Source: Nageia nagi (taxonomy: Eukaryota > Plantae > Pinophyta). Taken from it: DNA of 64,000 bases. Shown one piece after another: positions 12,390 through 25,278 of this stretch. The stretch is from assembly GCA_050084985.1 (NCBI GenBank), contig JBITNC010000001.1:129394001-129458000 (forward strand), given 5' to 3'. The notes beneath the pieces are model-generated. The model was given only the letters and a program-made list of their open reading frames with translations. It did not search any database and was not told the DNA's origin. The translations under genes and the position numbers were made by a program. Position 1 is the stretch's first letter; each line of letters starts with the position of its first letter.

Positions 12390-14736
12390 CATCACCCAAT
12401 CAAAAAAATAATAGAATTCATTCAAAGAAACTAGATCATGACCACCATGATCCCAAAAAATGAATATGAAATATGATCATAAGTCCATCACATAATATTC
12501 ATGTCTAGCAATAATCTAAAGTAAATAATATATCATAGTCTATACCAGGCACATATGTGGGGACACCCATCAACCATGTATCAAAAACCCCATGATATTA
12601 ATCTCTCTACTTACATATATCCCTGACCAAATATCAAGGATTCCTCTCTATGCTTGTGGATGCAACTACAACCTAATCCTACTACTAAAAATTCTAAACC
12701 CTTGCTTGAGCTACATCTCTCTCCTGCCTATAACAATCATGCTCAAATTTGTACCTAAGCATGCCCTCATCTAAATGTCTATACTACTCCAACTAAGCAC
12801 ATATAGACTCATTGTCCCCATTGGATTAATAAAGAAATGATCGGTACTAGGCTAACAAAAACTTGAGTTTAAAGATCTTTCCCAAGAGTGTATCAATTAT
12901 AAGTACCTAAGGAGTAGGTACCTCCTCCTCTACATAACTCTCACCTTCCTCTTTTTCTCAAGCCTCCTTAGCATGAGGTACATCCTCTTTACTTTGCACC
13001 TCCACCATTGGAATACCACCATTAGCTCCTATCTTAGTATCATAATCTTTAATCATTCTAGGTTCTATACTAGGGTCCTCTACTCATTGATGTACTTATC
13101 AAACTTGATCCTCCTTATCTACCTCCTCTTGCTCTACTTGTCACCACATAACATAGACCTCAGTAACACCAACATCATCATTAACAACCACTTCATCAAT
13201 AGCCTCCTCTTGAGTAGGATCAAGCTCTGCATAAACCAAGGGTTGGACTCCCTTAATAAGAAGGATTCCCTCTCACTGATATATGATAGGATCTAAAGGG
13301 ATGTATTGAACAAACATAAACTAGAACCTAACATTATCAAACTAAAAATACTCTAAGAACTCCATCTGTTAACCATTAAGGACTCTCACTTGATAGATTC
13401 TTGTAAGCTAGGCCTCGAGCTCCACCCATGTTGGATATGAATGGTATGGCCTAAATCTCACATGATATGGCACCAAGCAACTCAGTAAGGTGTGATAAAA
13501 TTGAACATCCCAATGAATACCATCAATAAATCAAATGAATAAGTCATCTTGCCATCTCATGATACTAGTAGGGTACTCTATATGGTCAACAAAACTAAGA
13601 ATTATAATCCTAGGAGGATATGCAATGATAATATGCTCATAAACCCAATTCTATAGAGTGATCATCATACAAAGTGAGGATTTATGACCCTACAAGTAAA
13701 AAAATAACTCTTTGTAAACCTACACCAATAAGGTAGGCACCCAAGCATAGATAATGCCATGCTATATCATATCTACCATGATTGATAATAAGGACCATAG
13801 AAATCATCCACTACTAGTATCTAGGAAAGAATAACACTGGGTCATGCCCATAAAGTAAGAGAACCTAATGGTACCCTACTGATATCCCAACCAATAACAA
13901 TAATACTAGATCACTCTTGAGATAATCTTAGCAATAATAGTGTCTACTCAATCAACCTCATATAAATAAGATACTATCATTTTTACCTCATCCCTATCAA
14001 TCATATGCTGAATCTACCAACCATGAATAGTAAGGTAGTATAAATGGTGAATTTACTCAACTATAATTATCATAGAGTCATGAGATGGAAAGTAGAGGTG
14101 GTGGAGTTCCACCTCTCCAACAAAGCTATGAGAAGAGGATACTCCCAATGTACATAACCCATAAAGGGTCTAGCTTTGAAGCCCACATCTTGAAAAAAAG
14201 AATTATCTTTTGATATAAGAAATTGGTGCCCCTCTTGAAGAATATAAGGATAGTGTCCCCTAGGCTTGAACAAATCTCGAACCTAGAAACAAACATAACT
14301 AGACTAAGTTAAAAAAAATTGCAACTAAAGGTTGAACACTGATAATCAAGTTACCTAGTTGTAGGGTCATTGATCTTCGACCCCAAATATTAGTGATTCT
14401 ATAAACCCTTAGCTCTAGTTAGAGATTGGATGACATAGTTGTAGGGTCCTCAATGTTCAACCCCAAACATCGATGATTCTATAAACTCTTAGCTCTAGCT
14501 AGAGACTACAATTGAGGGTTTCTAGAAATGTAAAAATGCTAAAAATAAGCTAAAATGAAAATTCTAAAAGGTTAAATATACTCTAAGAATAAAACTAAAT
14601 AATCCTATATTTTTCATTTTACAAATTAAGTACTAAAATCATTATAATAAGAAGAAAATTAAAAGAGGGGTTTTTAAAACTCTACCTCCTCCTTGATTGG
14701 TCTCATTTAGCTAGCTAGTCTTCTCCTTAATGGTAT
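12390..14736 (-). pseudogene. Antisense spliced plant mobile domain (PMD, aminotransferase-like) gene in element A; exon 1 14736-14686, intron 14685-14283, exon 2 from 14282
   Basis: LLIALLERWNSTTSTFHL is the PMD hallmark (ERW..ET.TFH); VYEHIIIAYP at ~13640. Donor GAG|gtagag and acceptor ttctag|GTT. Exon 1 encodes (I)PLRRRLAS*MRPIKEE, matching element B. The 3' end is approximate. Confidence 0.85.
14356..14505. repeat. 80-bp tandem duplication inside the PMD intron of element A
   Basis: tagttgtagggtc...gattctataaac...agctctag starting at 14356 and 14436. Confidence 0.8.
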
Positions 14737-14971
14737 GTCGACCCACAAATGTGATAGGGTGTAGAAGATGTTGGTCAACTATGAACATAGAAGACATGAA
14801 AGTGATAAGAGCTCTAACCAATTACAAAAATCAAATAAGAAAATTACACTTGAATTTTCCTTTTTATCCTATTCGTACCCTTCAATGTTGGTGATTTAAG
14901 GTTGGATGCCAATGATTTGTATGAAATGTCAATGACACAACAAAATGTTGGTGACCCCTTAAAAAAGTAAA

Positions 14972-14976
<5 letters not shown>

Positions 14977-15007
<31 letters not shown>
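14977..15007. repeat. (TA)n microsatellite
   Basis: Direct reading. Confidence 0.95.
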
Positions 15008-15013
<6 letters not shown>

Positions 15014-16111
15014 AAAAGTACAAAATTGTAAGACCTCTTTTTAGGATCACATCATTAAATCATTAGAAAAGGTAACACAAAAGTACATACATATGAATAT
15101 AGACAAAAAATTAAAAAAAAAAAAATCCTCATTATGAGTCCTTGATGAGGAACAAAAAACCAAAATAGAGGAGAAAAATTAAAATACTCAAAATTACATA
15201 CAAAAATAGCAAAAGATCCTCAGCCCTTCCTCTGGCACTATAAATGATAAAATTTAGGGAAGGCAAACCTAAAAAGTTGTCATATGTTAAACTCTTCCTC
15301 AAGGAGGTAAAAATCCAAAAAATGAAAAGAATAAATCAAAATGGTCGCTCAATCCTATGAGATGCCATAACATTGCTATATGGCATATTGAAGTAAGCCA
15401 ACTAATTAGCAAAAACAAGTTTCAAGTTTCTCAAGATGAACAATCACAATAAACAAAATTATAAGTTGTCCTAAAATTCTAGGGAAGATAATTCATGATC
15501 ATTAAAACCCTTTGGAAGGTAGAAATTCAAAACCCTTTTGTAAAAATAAATAAATAAATAAAAATGTGTCAAAATTAAAATAGCAATATCTCAACTTGTT
15601 AAAATGATTACAAAGTGAATGTCTAAAGATATTAAATCTCAAAAATACTTCAAACTTCTAAAAATCAAACATGACATAAAAGCATGGAATTACCTTTAAC
15701 GTGAGATCATTATGTAACCTCATTGTTAGGATAAAAGAAAATATAATCAAATTGACTATATGCACAAAATAAGATTATAATAAAATACTCACTTCGATAT
15801 GCAGAGATGAACTAAGAGTATCATCATGCAACTACCAAAAATAACACCTAATATGGTGATTGAGACAAGTAACATTTTAGTATACATCAAAACTATTCTC
15901 AAAATGCATCAAGTGCAAAAGACAAAAACATGATTTAATAATGATTCGATTAATCAAAGTTTGAATTATTCAAGGGATTAAGTCAACTTTAGACATCAAA
16001 CTAAGAGTCAAATATCCAAGTTAGGGAACATGAACAAACCCACCTTTTCAAACAAAGGAATGTTGAATTATCTCTTGCTATCTTTAGTAGATAATCCAAA
16101 AAGAGGAAAAA

Positions 16112-17017
16112 TTTAGACACCTAAAAATAACCCTTGTTCAAAAGTTAAAAACAAAGAGAATAGAATTTAACATTTATTATAAAATTTATAATAGATAACA
16201 AATCACCAACAACCAAAACTAGTTGTTAGTGACTCAAACCAATCATCAACATTTGATACCCAATTGCCAATGACCTAATACTTAGCTAGGCTAAAAACAT
16301 ATGGCATGCTTGAAATGATTTGCTCCTAAAAATTATTGAATTTTGAGTGAGTTATGGTTAGTTCATAATGATGCATACAAAATCATGACTATTATGGACT
16401 TGGATGAGCTCTTGAGCAAGGCTGTTAGAACCTAAAATCACAAATTGGACAAACTCAAAAAAGCTATAAATTAAACCTTCAACAATGGAGAAAATGACCT
16501 GAATTCAAAGTAGGATTTCATTTAGAACTTTTGGAGAGTTGAGTACTCTATTTATGCACTTGTTCATGTACTTTAATTCAATGTATGATATTTTTTATAT
16601 GAATATGTATGTTTAATATATTATTTTGGCATGTGTGCAAGGTCCACAAGTGCTAAAATGAGAAATATTGATGGTAAATTATGGCAAGAACCAGCGAAGA
16701 TCAAGAATAAAAGTGGAAATAAAGAAGAAGAGAAGATACATCAAAATCAATCTCCAACATCAAAAATACCAATGATTGAGATCAAATGCTAGCAATTCAA
16801 ACTAGATACCAGTGACTACATTTTGATCATTGACAACTCTGTAAAAGTCCAAGGAGGCTCTAAAACATCATTTTTGTAAAAAGCCCTTCAAGCAAAGCAA
16901 TGAATCTAAAGATTTATTTTGTAACATTTTAGGTCACTTGAGAGAATAATAAAATAAATATTGGTATTTAATGTGTATTTATTTTATTTTATAATAAATT
17001 ATTTATTTGGGTTGATA
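16112..17017 (+). repeat. 3' LTR of element A (~906 bp)
   Basis: Follows the PPT. Starts t(t)tagacacc and ends gttgata. Homologous to the B LTR (tgtagatacc...gttgaca). The copia RT frame resumes at 17018. Confidence 0.8.
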
Positions 17018-19662
17018 GCACTAGTTTTTAGACTTGAGATAGTCCACTCTCTTCTTGCCCTAGTAGTAAATCTCGATCTTAGTCTGTACCAAATGGATAT
17101 CAAATTTACCTTTCTCAATGGAGATTTGAAGGAAGAAGTGTATGTGAATCATCACCAAGGATTCATATTTATTAGATGTAAAGATAAAGTGTTGCCTAAA
17201 TAAAGCACTTTATGGGATCAAGAAGCCACCATGTGCTTGGTATTCTTGGATTGACACCTACTTCCATTTGAATGGTTATAAGAGGTACTCTGCAGAACCT
17301 ACCCTATACACTAAGGTATCCAACCATGATTTCATCATCATTTATTTATATGTTGATGATGTTATATTCATGAACACTTCCTCTTCTATGTTGAATACAT
17401 TCAAAACTATTGTGGTTAGGGCAAGTGCAAGAATATGAGTCCCACTTTTAGCCAAAAAGTGGAAGTGTTTTCACTGATTTTTAGGCTTGATCACACTTGA
17501 TCTCAAAATTTGAAGCACTTAGAGTTTGAGTCTTAAAAAAGGCCACTTGGGTAAAAATGTATTTCTCAAAGTATAGTTTTCAAATATGTAGTTTATTCTA
17601 TACCCAAATGCTAGAGATTAATATTTTATAGGCATATTTCAAATCCATTGTTTAAAAAATATAGTTTCAAGACCACACCCCATCTTGTCCAAAAAGTATA
17701 ATTGGACCTAAATTAAAATATATATTTTTTAAATCCTTTTGCATAAAGATACCTAAGGTACTAAATATTGCAGAGGATATTGTTTTGTAATTTTTTCATG
17801 AATATTTTATTTTTTATTAATTATTTACTAGCCTTGATTATTATTTTGCAAAGTGCTCATGTCTGGAAAGCATTATTTGACCTAAAATTGTCATTTTTAA
17901 TTTTTTTTAACTTATGAATAATTGTATATAGATTGTACACATATTTATTTTTCATAATTACAAAAAATAAAAAGGTTATTAAACAAATACAAAAGCCACT
18001 ATTTAAAAAATACAATTTGAGGACCATATCCCATAGTATCAAAAAAATATAATTTGACCTAAATTAAAATATTTTTTAAATCCTTTTGGGTAAAGATACC
18101 TAATACACTAAAGATTATGGTGGATAAATTTTGTAATCTTTTCATGAATATTTTATTAGCCTTGATTGTCATTTCAAAAAGTGCTCATTTCCTACAAGCA
18201 TAATTTGATCTAAAATTATCATTTTTAATTTATTTATTTATTAACTTATATAGAATTATATGCAAATTTTTCACATTTATTTATTTTTATAATTCCAAAA
18301 AAATAAAAAGTTATTAAATAGATATAAAAACCCAGTAGTTCCTAAGACTTCCTCCAAAGTGGGACTCATCTTCTTGCACTTACCTATTAAGGAGTTTGAG
18401 ATGAGTGATTTGGGTGAGATGTAATAATTTCTTGGTATGGAAGTGCAACATTCATCCTCTAGTATATTAATAACTCAATTTAAGTATGTTGATGATATAC
18501 TTAGTAGGTTTTCCATGAAGGATTGCAAATCTATTAACACTCTAGTAGTTCTTAGCACCAAACTCATGAAGGAGGATCCTACTCCTCTTATGGATGCTAC
18601 CTTATACCGATCACTCATTGGTAGTTTGATGTATCTTACAGTAATCCAAATAGACATCATGTATGCAGTTAGCCTTGTGGCTTGATTCATACACTCTTCA
18701 CATGAATCTCATTTGAAAATAGCTAAGAGGATCCTCTAGTATGTTAGTGGCATCAAAGTTTTTGGCCTATGGTATAAATCCTTTGATTATGGATTATTTG
18801 AAGCAAACAAATATCTAGATTGGGTTGTAAGTCTTGATGATAGGAAAAGTACCTTTGACTATGCTTTGTTCCTTTTTAGCTCTCTTGTCTCATGGAGTAA
18901 TAAGAAGTAATAAATTGTTGCTCTTTCCATTGCTAAAGCAAAATACATGGATGCCTCCTCTACTTGCACTTAATCCATTTGGATGTATCAATTATTTGAA
19001 TACTTGGGTTTGAATCCTCCCTTTCCCATTCCCATTTATTGTGACAACACCAACACTATTGCTATGATAAAGAACTCATTATTTCATAATTGAAGCAAGC
19101 ATATTGACATTCAACATCACTTTATGTGAGACCTGATGATTGATGGATTCATTGAATTCACTTTTTGTAAGTCTAAAGATTAACTTGTAGATATTTTCAC
19201 CAAGGCTATACTAAAGGATCAATTCCTTAGTCTCAGAAATAAGCTTAGAATTCAAACCATTCACATTAAGGGGGAGAATAAAGGAATTTAATATTCCATA
19301 TTTTGAATTCTAGCAACTTTTATCTGTTATTTTTCACCTACCAAATTTATTACTTTGCAAGAATGTTGTTGAGAATTGAATGCTCAAATATATGATCCTT
19401 AGATTGATATAAATCTAATTTTGTACTCCATCATGGATGCTCATACTTCTCTTTTACTTTTTGGGTACCTCATTTATGTTTGTGTTTACTTCTCTAAACA
19501 AATCTATAATTCATTAGTTCTCATGGAGTATTCAACACTCAAATTATTTTTTGTATAAATAGGGATATCATTTTACATTCTAATTGTGCCATTTTCTCTA
19601 ATATAAAGTATTCATATTTTTTCTGCAATACCTTGTGGCTATGTTGTGTGTTTTCTCTTTTC
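17018..19662 (+). mobile_element. Ty1/copia remnant 1: RT-RNase H, PPT and probable 3' LTR (~19280-19662); host of element A and the MITE
   Basis: YQMDIKFTFLNGDLKEEVYV; LYVDDV at ~17350; YRSLIGSLMYLT; DDRKST; SKHIDIQHHF; PPT aagggggag at ~19268-19277. The LTR end is approximate. Confidence 0.88.
17419..18386. mobile_element. Non-autonomous TIR DNA transposon (PIF/Harbinger- or Tourist-like MITE), 968 bp
   Basis: About 30-bp TIRs (gggcaagtgcaagaatatgagtcccacttt / aaagtgggactcatcttcttgcacttacc). TTA on both sides (17416-18, 18387-89). Removing it restores the copia frame FKTIVVKEFEM. Internal ~355-bp direct duplication. Confidence 0.85.
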
Positions 19663-19679
19663 AAAGCTTGTATATATGA

Positions 19680-20640
19680 GAAAACACTTGCAGATATTTA
19701 TAGAAATATTATGTATATATTCCAAGATGATATTCATGTATTACAGGTTATTCATATATATGGGTGTCTATTAGATTTCCATTCTGAACAATAGTTTTTG
19801 ATATTTTCTTGATTGTATCAAATTCCATTTTTTTGGATTAGTTTACCTTTGAAAGATAGAAATTTCATTCTAGATATCCATTTTGTGTGATTAGTTTTTG
19901 GTTAGATAGTTGGTTTCAATACCTTTCCAAACATATATAATATTATATACTTATTTATGGAACACACTCATAAATCACAAAATACAAACCTATTTTTGAG
20001 TAGTCTTGCTCAGTGAGCTTTAGGAGTATTTTACTTAGAAATAATATTTGACCCTTATTTCCTTATTGAATATTTCCCAAACCTTTATCATTGAATATGA
20101 AATTTTGTGCTAATTAATTTGATATATCATAGTGTTAGGTTTCATTAATATTCAACTAAGTTATAGCCCTCCAAATTTGGCCCTATAAACCTATCATTTT
20201 TCTACAATTTACAACTTTTCAAAAATTTTCAATTTTTCTAATAATTCTAACTTTTCCATAATCCATTAAAGTTCAAGCATCCAAAACTTAGGAAAAGTGT
20301 GACAAAGTAAGTTTTTTTTACTTTCTCACACTCCAAGAAAGTAATAACCAACCAGAACTCCCATAACCCTAATATTTTCACATTCTATAATGTTTTTCTA
20401 GCTCGATAAAGTTATTATACATCTGAAAACTTCAAATTCACATTTTAGAAGATCTAGAAGTCTATTTTAGGTGTGTGAGTAACCATTAGAAAGGTTTTTT
20501 TAATCCAATTTTAATATTAAATTCATGTTATTGATGTCTTTGAGTTATCTAAAATTATCTAAAAATATGGAGTCTCTATATCTTCATTTGGTCTAAGAAC
20601 TTGTATTTGGGAATCTCAAATCTTCAATTGGTATCAGAGC
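19680..20640 (+). mobile_element. Orphan LTR-like segment ending ...CTTCA (20626) followed by a tRNA-iMet primer binding site (20629-20640)
   Basis: TGGTATCAGAGC lies 2 nt after CA. No partner LTR or gag was found, and the left boundary is uncertain. Confidence 0.6.
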
Positions 20641-21254
20641 TTGGAGCCTTAAGCCTCCAAATCTTAACCTAAGGGGAAGGTTGATTCACCTTGAAAAAAC
20701 CATAACTTTTTATCCAACTATCATATCTTCTTGAAAATTTGAGGGTAACTAGGTATGGGTTTTCTTAACCCAATCCAATCCTCCAAAAGAAGGATTCACA
20801 TCATAAATACCTATGGTGGATCGGCCTAAAGATTCTATCTAGTGCCTCAAAATTAGATTTTAATATTATTTCACTAATTAAGCTTTAATATTTTTTGATA
20901 TAAAACTAATATAGGTTAACAAAAAAAGAATTTTTATTTATACCATCTGGACTAACACCAATTTAGGGTCGAATCTGAGGATTTTTTATTTTAGCTAAAA
21001 GATGTAATAAGATAAAAGATGAAACAAACTAAAATATAAAATAGATTATTTTTAGACTATTCATTTTTTAGGATTTTCTTATGGTTAGTTTATTTTTCTC
21101 TCTTGTGTATTACCTTTTGTAACCAATTTGGAAAAGATAGTGTAGGTTCATGAAAATAAAGAATTTAGGTTGCAAAATTTTATTTTCCCATTGATTTACT
21201 TGTTTGTTTGTGAATCAATTTAGAGTCCTATTTTAGTCTCTTGCAATAATATAC

Positions 21255-21630
21255 ATCAAAGGTATAGAATATGAGGATATGATTTCTCCTACAACCAAGA
21301 TAAATACAATCAAGATTGCTTTTTCAATAGCTACATAATTTGGCTAAAAGCTACATTAGATGGATGTGAAGAGTTCCTTTTTGAATGAAGACTTGGATAA
21401 GGAAGTATACATACAAAAACTTGAGGGAATTTTTGTTGATATAGGTAAGGGAAAGGTTATATATTGATAGAGTTTTTGTATGGGTTGAAAGAGGCTCCAA
21501 GAGCTTGGTATATAAAAATTGACAAGCATCTACTATAAAATGGATTTGTTAGAAGTCTTTATGATCTAAATATCTACCTTTGATAACTTGGTAGGGATAT
21601 AGCCATAGTTATAATATATACATACATACA

Positions 21631-21699
<69 letters not shown>

Positions 21700-22918
21700 T
21701 TTGTTCATCACGAGAAGTAATAAGAAGTTGTTTATATCTTGTAAATATTATTTTAAAAAATCATTTGATATTATTAACATTGGTTTACTTGATTATTACC
21801 TTAAATTAGAAGTCTAAAAGATGCAAGACCACATATTTATTTCACATATCAAGTACACTAAGAGTTTGTTGGAGAAGTTTAGGATGATAAATTAACATCC
21901 TGTGTCCACATATCAAACCTAGTTTACATTCATCACATCATGATAGTTATCCATTGGTAAATATAACTTTCTATCATCCACTGATTACAAGGTTAATTTA
22001 CCTATCATATACTAGAGGAAATATTCTTTTTATTGTTACATATATTTCTAGCTTTATGCATGAACTTAAGAAAGCTCATTGGATATAAGCTAAAAATGTG
22101 TTGAGATACATATATAGTACTAATAGTCATGGATTGGAATATAAGAAGAATCATAATTTATTATTGATTGGATACATGAATATAAATTATAAAGGATCCT
22201 TCAATGATATGATATAAATGATAAGATATGCATTTATCCTTGGATTTGAATCAATTTCTTGGGGTAGAAAGGAAGAATGTATCATGTACAAATCTACCAC
22301 AAGTTGGAGTATCATGTTATTATAGATGTTGTTTGTTAATTTGTATGATTATGTTGCATTTTGACAAAACTTGGGGTACCATAGAGTCATCTTACCATTT
22401 TGAATTGTGATAATCATAATGTATTTAAGCATATTTGTAATACTATTTTTCATGAGCACACTAAACACATTGAGATGTAGGTTTACTCTATTCAAAATCA
22501 TATTTTATTACACAATATTCAAATCTAATACATTTCCACAAAAGAGAAAGTTGTAAATATATTCACCAAGTCTCTTTATTGTCTATATTTTGAATATTTT
22601 TAGAGTTTCCTCTCTTGTCGTTTAAGGGCCTAATGTATTTATAGGGGAAATATTACAATTACTAATATAGTAGGTACTTTAGATATCTATAATAAATAAC
22701 ACATTACTATTATTACTAATGTATAATAATAATTAGGGTTTTTTATAATTAGTTTTAAAAGTATTTAGTGTATGAGAATATAACTCTCACTTCTATATGT
22801 ACTTAAACCTATTTCTCATGCAATGCAATTGATCTCTTTATGTACTTAAACCTATCAAATACATCATAAAATGGGATTTAGTTAGAAATACAAACAACAA
22901 ATTAAGATATGTATAACA
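21255..22918 (+). mobile_element. Ty1/copia remnant 2: RT-RNase H, PPT (~22643-22650) and 3' LTR (~22651-22918)
   Basis: MDVKSSFLNEDLDKEVY; YGLKEAPRAWY; HEHTKHIE; DIFTKSL-like motif; LTR ends t(a)tta...taaca. The LINE frame resumes after 22918. Confidence 0.8.
21614..21693. repeat. Compound (TACA)n(TA)n microsatellite inside the copia RT YxDD codons
   Basis: Sequence reads ata ata tat a[repeat]tc gat gat ttg. Confidence 0.9.
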
Positions 22919-24367
22919 ACACCATATTTTTTATATATTAATATAGGGTAAGGTAGAATGGTTATTTAATGCTAAAAAAGGTTTCAAACAAGGTGATTTT
23001 ATATCACCTTACTTATTAATTATAATGTCAAAAGAGTTAGTATGTACAATAAGAATGATGAAAAAGAAATACAAAATTAGAAGAATGCTACTAGAAAATA
23101 ATTATGATAAGGTAAACCATCATCAATTTGTAGATGATAAATTGTAATTGGTAAAGTATCTACATTAGAAGTTAAATAATTTATGAAATTCCTACGAATT
23201 TATGAAAGAGCATCATACCAATAAGTAAATTTCTAAAAATACTAAATTGTTTTCTTCCACACATAGAGAAAGATAGAAAAAAGAGTTAAATATTTAAACA
23301 AAAAATTATCTCCCTCCCTTTAGTATAACTTGGGATACCATTCTTCATATGAAAAGTAAAACAAACATTTTGGGATGGATTCATCTAAAACATCTCTAGG
23401 AAATTAGTTGGATGGAAGGAAAGAATTTTCAACCAAGCTAAAAAACTTCTACTAATAAAAATAAATATATAGAGAATACCAATAAAAACCTTAATGGTGT
23501 TTAAAATACATTAGACTACAAAAAATTATATTGATTTTATATGCATAAGATTATTCTTGTCAAGGCTAGCAAAGAAAAGAATATGGTATTTAGTTTCATT
23601 GGATAAGGTTTGCAAGTGTAAAGATTTTAAAGGATTAGTTATAAGAAAATGAAAATTCTAAGCAAAGAACTTAGAGGAAAATTGGCCTAGAAACTTTATG
23701 GTAATTCAAAAACATAATGAATAAATGTATACAAGGTAAAGTATTTATAACAAATGAATTCCTACCTTTTAATAAGTAACCTTTCAACTAGATCAATCCT
23801 TTAGAATGAACTTATTTTAATTAAAGATATCTTGGTCTAAAATATTTTATGGAGTATCAAATAATGAGAGAAAATATTCTTTTGGGAGGACTGTTGGCTT
23901 AGAAAATAACCTCTCAAAATCTATGACAAAATAAAAAAGTAACAAAATAGGCCATAAAAAATCAAGGTATAAGGGTAATATATTTCATTAGAAATATAAA
24001 TGGTAGAAGGGAATTGATGTTATCTAATTCCTCAAAAATGGAAATCAATGAGAAACTTAAAATAATAAGGAAGGAATTAGATAGTTTAAAACTTGAGATA
24101 ACATAAGAAGGATACCTCCCTTTATGTACTTTGATAAAAGATAAAAATTTCAAAATTAGAAATATAGTTATATGGCTAAATGAAAAATAAAATACCTCTC
24201 CATTATTGGATAAGGTTTAGATAAGAGGTGTCACACCCAAAATCATGTTCCTTGTGTAGATAGTTAAGCATAATGATATCCTTACGATATCACATAACCT
24301 AAGAAAAATGGCATTCCAACTAGCTAATTATAGATGTGTCCTATGTTATTCAAAGGAGAAGACTATT
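22919..24367 (+). mobile_element. L1-type LINE ORF2 fragment (RT domains 4-7 to zf-RVT), decayed, cut on the right by element B
   Basis: KKGFKQGDFISPYLL (RGLRQGDPLSPYLF-like); HHQFVDD; YNLGIPF; FWEDCWL; RCVLC near 24335. Confidence 0.85.
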
Positions 24368-25278
24368 TGTCAACATAAAAATGCAACCTGCTCATAGAAA
24401 AATGAATTTCATTAAGATAAATGAATGTTCTATTACATTTTTGTGTGGCTTAATTTTACATTTTTGAATCATTGGATTCAGTGTGCCTTGTTAGAAGGGC
24501 CTTTATAAAAGTTTATGTTTTAGAGTTTCTTTGGATTTTGCAAAGTCACCAACATTTTATTCAAAGTCACTAGCTATTGTAGTTAGTCATTGGAATCTGA
24601 TAGGTAATTGCTAGTATTTTTGTAACTTGGGTACAAATTGTTTATCTCTTTCATTATTGTTCCTTAACTAGCTTTTGGTTCCTATTTGTTGTCATCTTGA
24701 AAAACCTCTAATGCTCCATTGTTCAACACCTAAGGACCCTAGACACATGCAAAAATAAAGCATCAAGCATATCCATTCATATTAAAAATATGTTATATTA
24801 ACTAAAATGAATAAATAATCATAAAATAACAATACTTAACTCTCAAAAATTTTAGATGAATTTCAACAGAGTATCTTTACTTTGAATTCAATTCCCTTTC
24901 TTCATTCCTAAAGGTTTTATTTGTATATGTATAAATGAGTTCTATATCACCTTTTAGAGTCATAAAATATGATCCAATAGCTCATCCAGATCCAAAATCA
25001 TTGTGGTATTGCACTTATATCTATAGGATTGACCATGAATCATCGTTGATCTACAGATTCAATGGATGAGTCACTCAACAACATAACTTATTATTTTTAT
25101 TTTGATAATTATAGAGATGTCAACATTCTAATATTGGAAATTGATGTTTGGTTCAAGTCATCTATAATCAATTGTTCGATGTTGGCATTTCACATTAAGT
25201 ATAACTTTTATAATATTTTTTTTTATTTTTTATCCCTCTTTTGACTTTTGAAAGAGGGGTCATTTTTGGGTATCTACA
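24368..25278 (-). repeat. 3' LTR of element B (~911 bp)
   Basis: Minus strand reads TGTAGATACCC...GTTGACA, is preceded by the PPT, and is similar to 16112-17017. Confidence 0.85.

Larger units (their letters stand above)
1..17017 (+). mobile_element. Tat/Ogre-type Ty3/gypsy LTR retrotransposon 'A' (5' LTR outside window), degenerate
   Basis: Domain order gag-PROT-(G-patch)-RT-RH-aRH-INT. About 8.3 kb 3' region with extra ORFs. PPT aaaaagaggaaaaa precedes a 3' LTR at 16112. Colinear with element B on the opposite strand. Confidence 0.9.

Noticed and set aside
12390-14736. PMD gene as a host MAIN/MAIL-like gene
   Set aside because: It lies between pol and the PPT in both related elements and is decayed like the rest of the element.
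20629-20640. tRNA gene
   Set aside because: It is only the 12-nt complement of the tRNA-iMet 3' end (a PBS); there is no cloverleaf.
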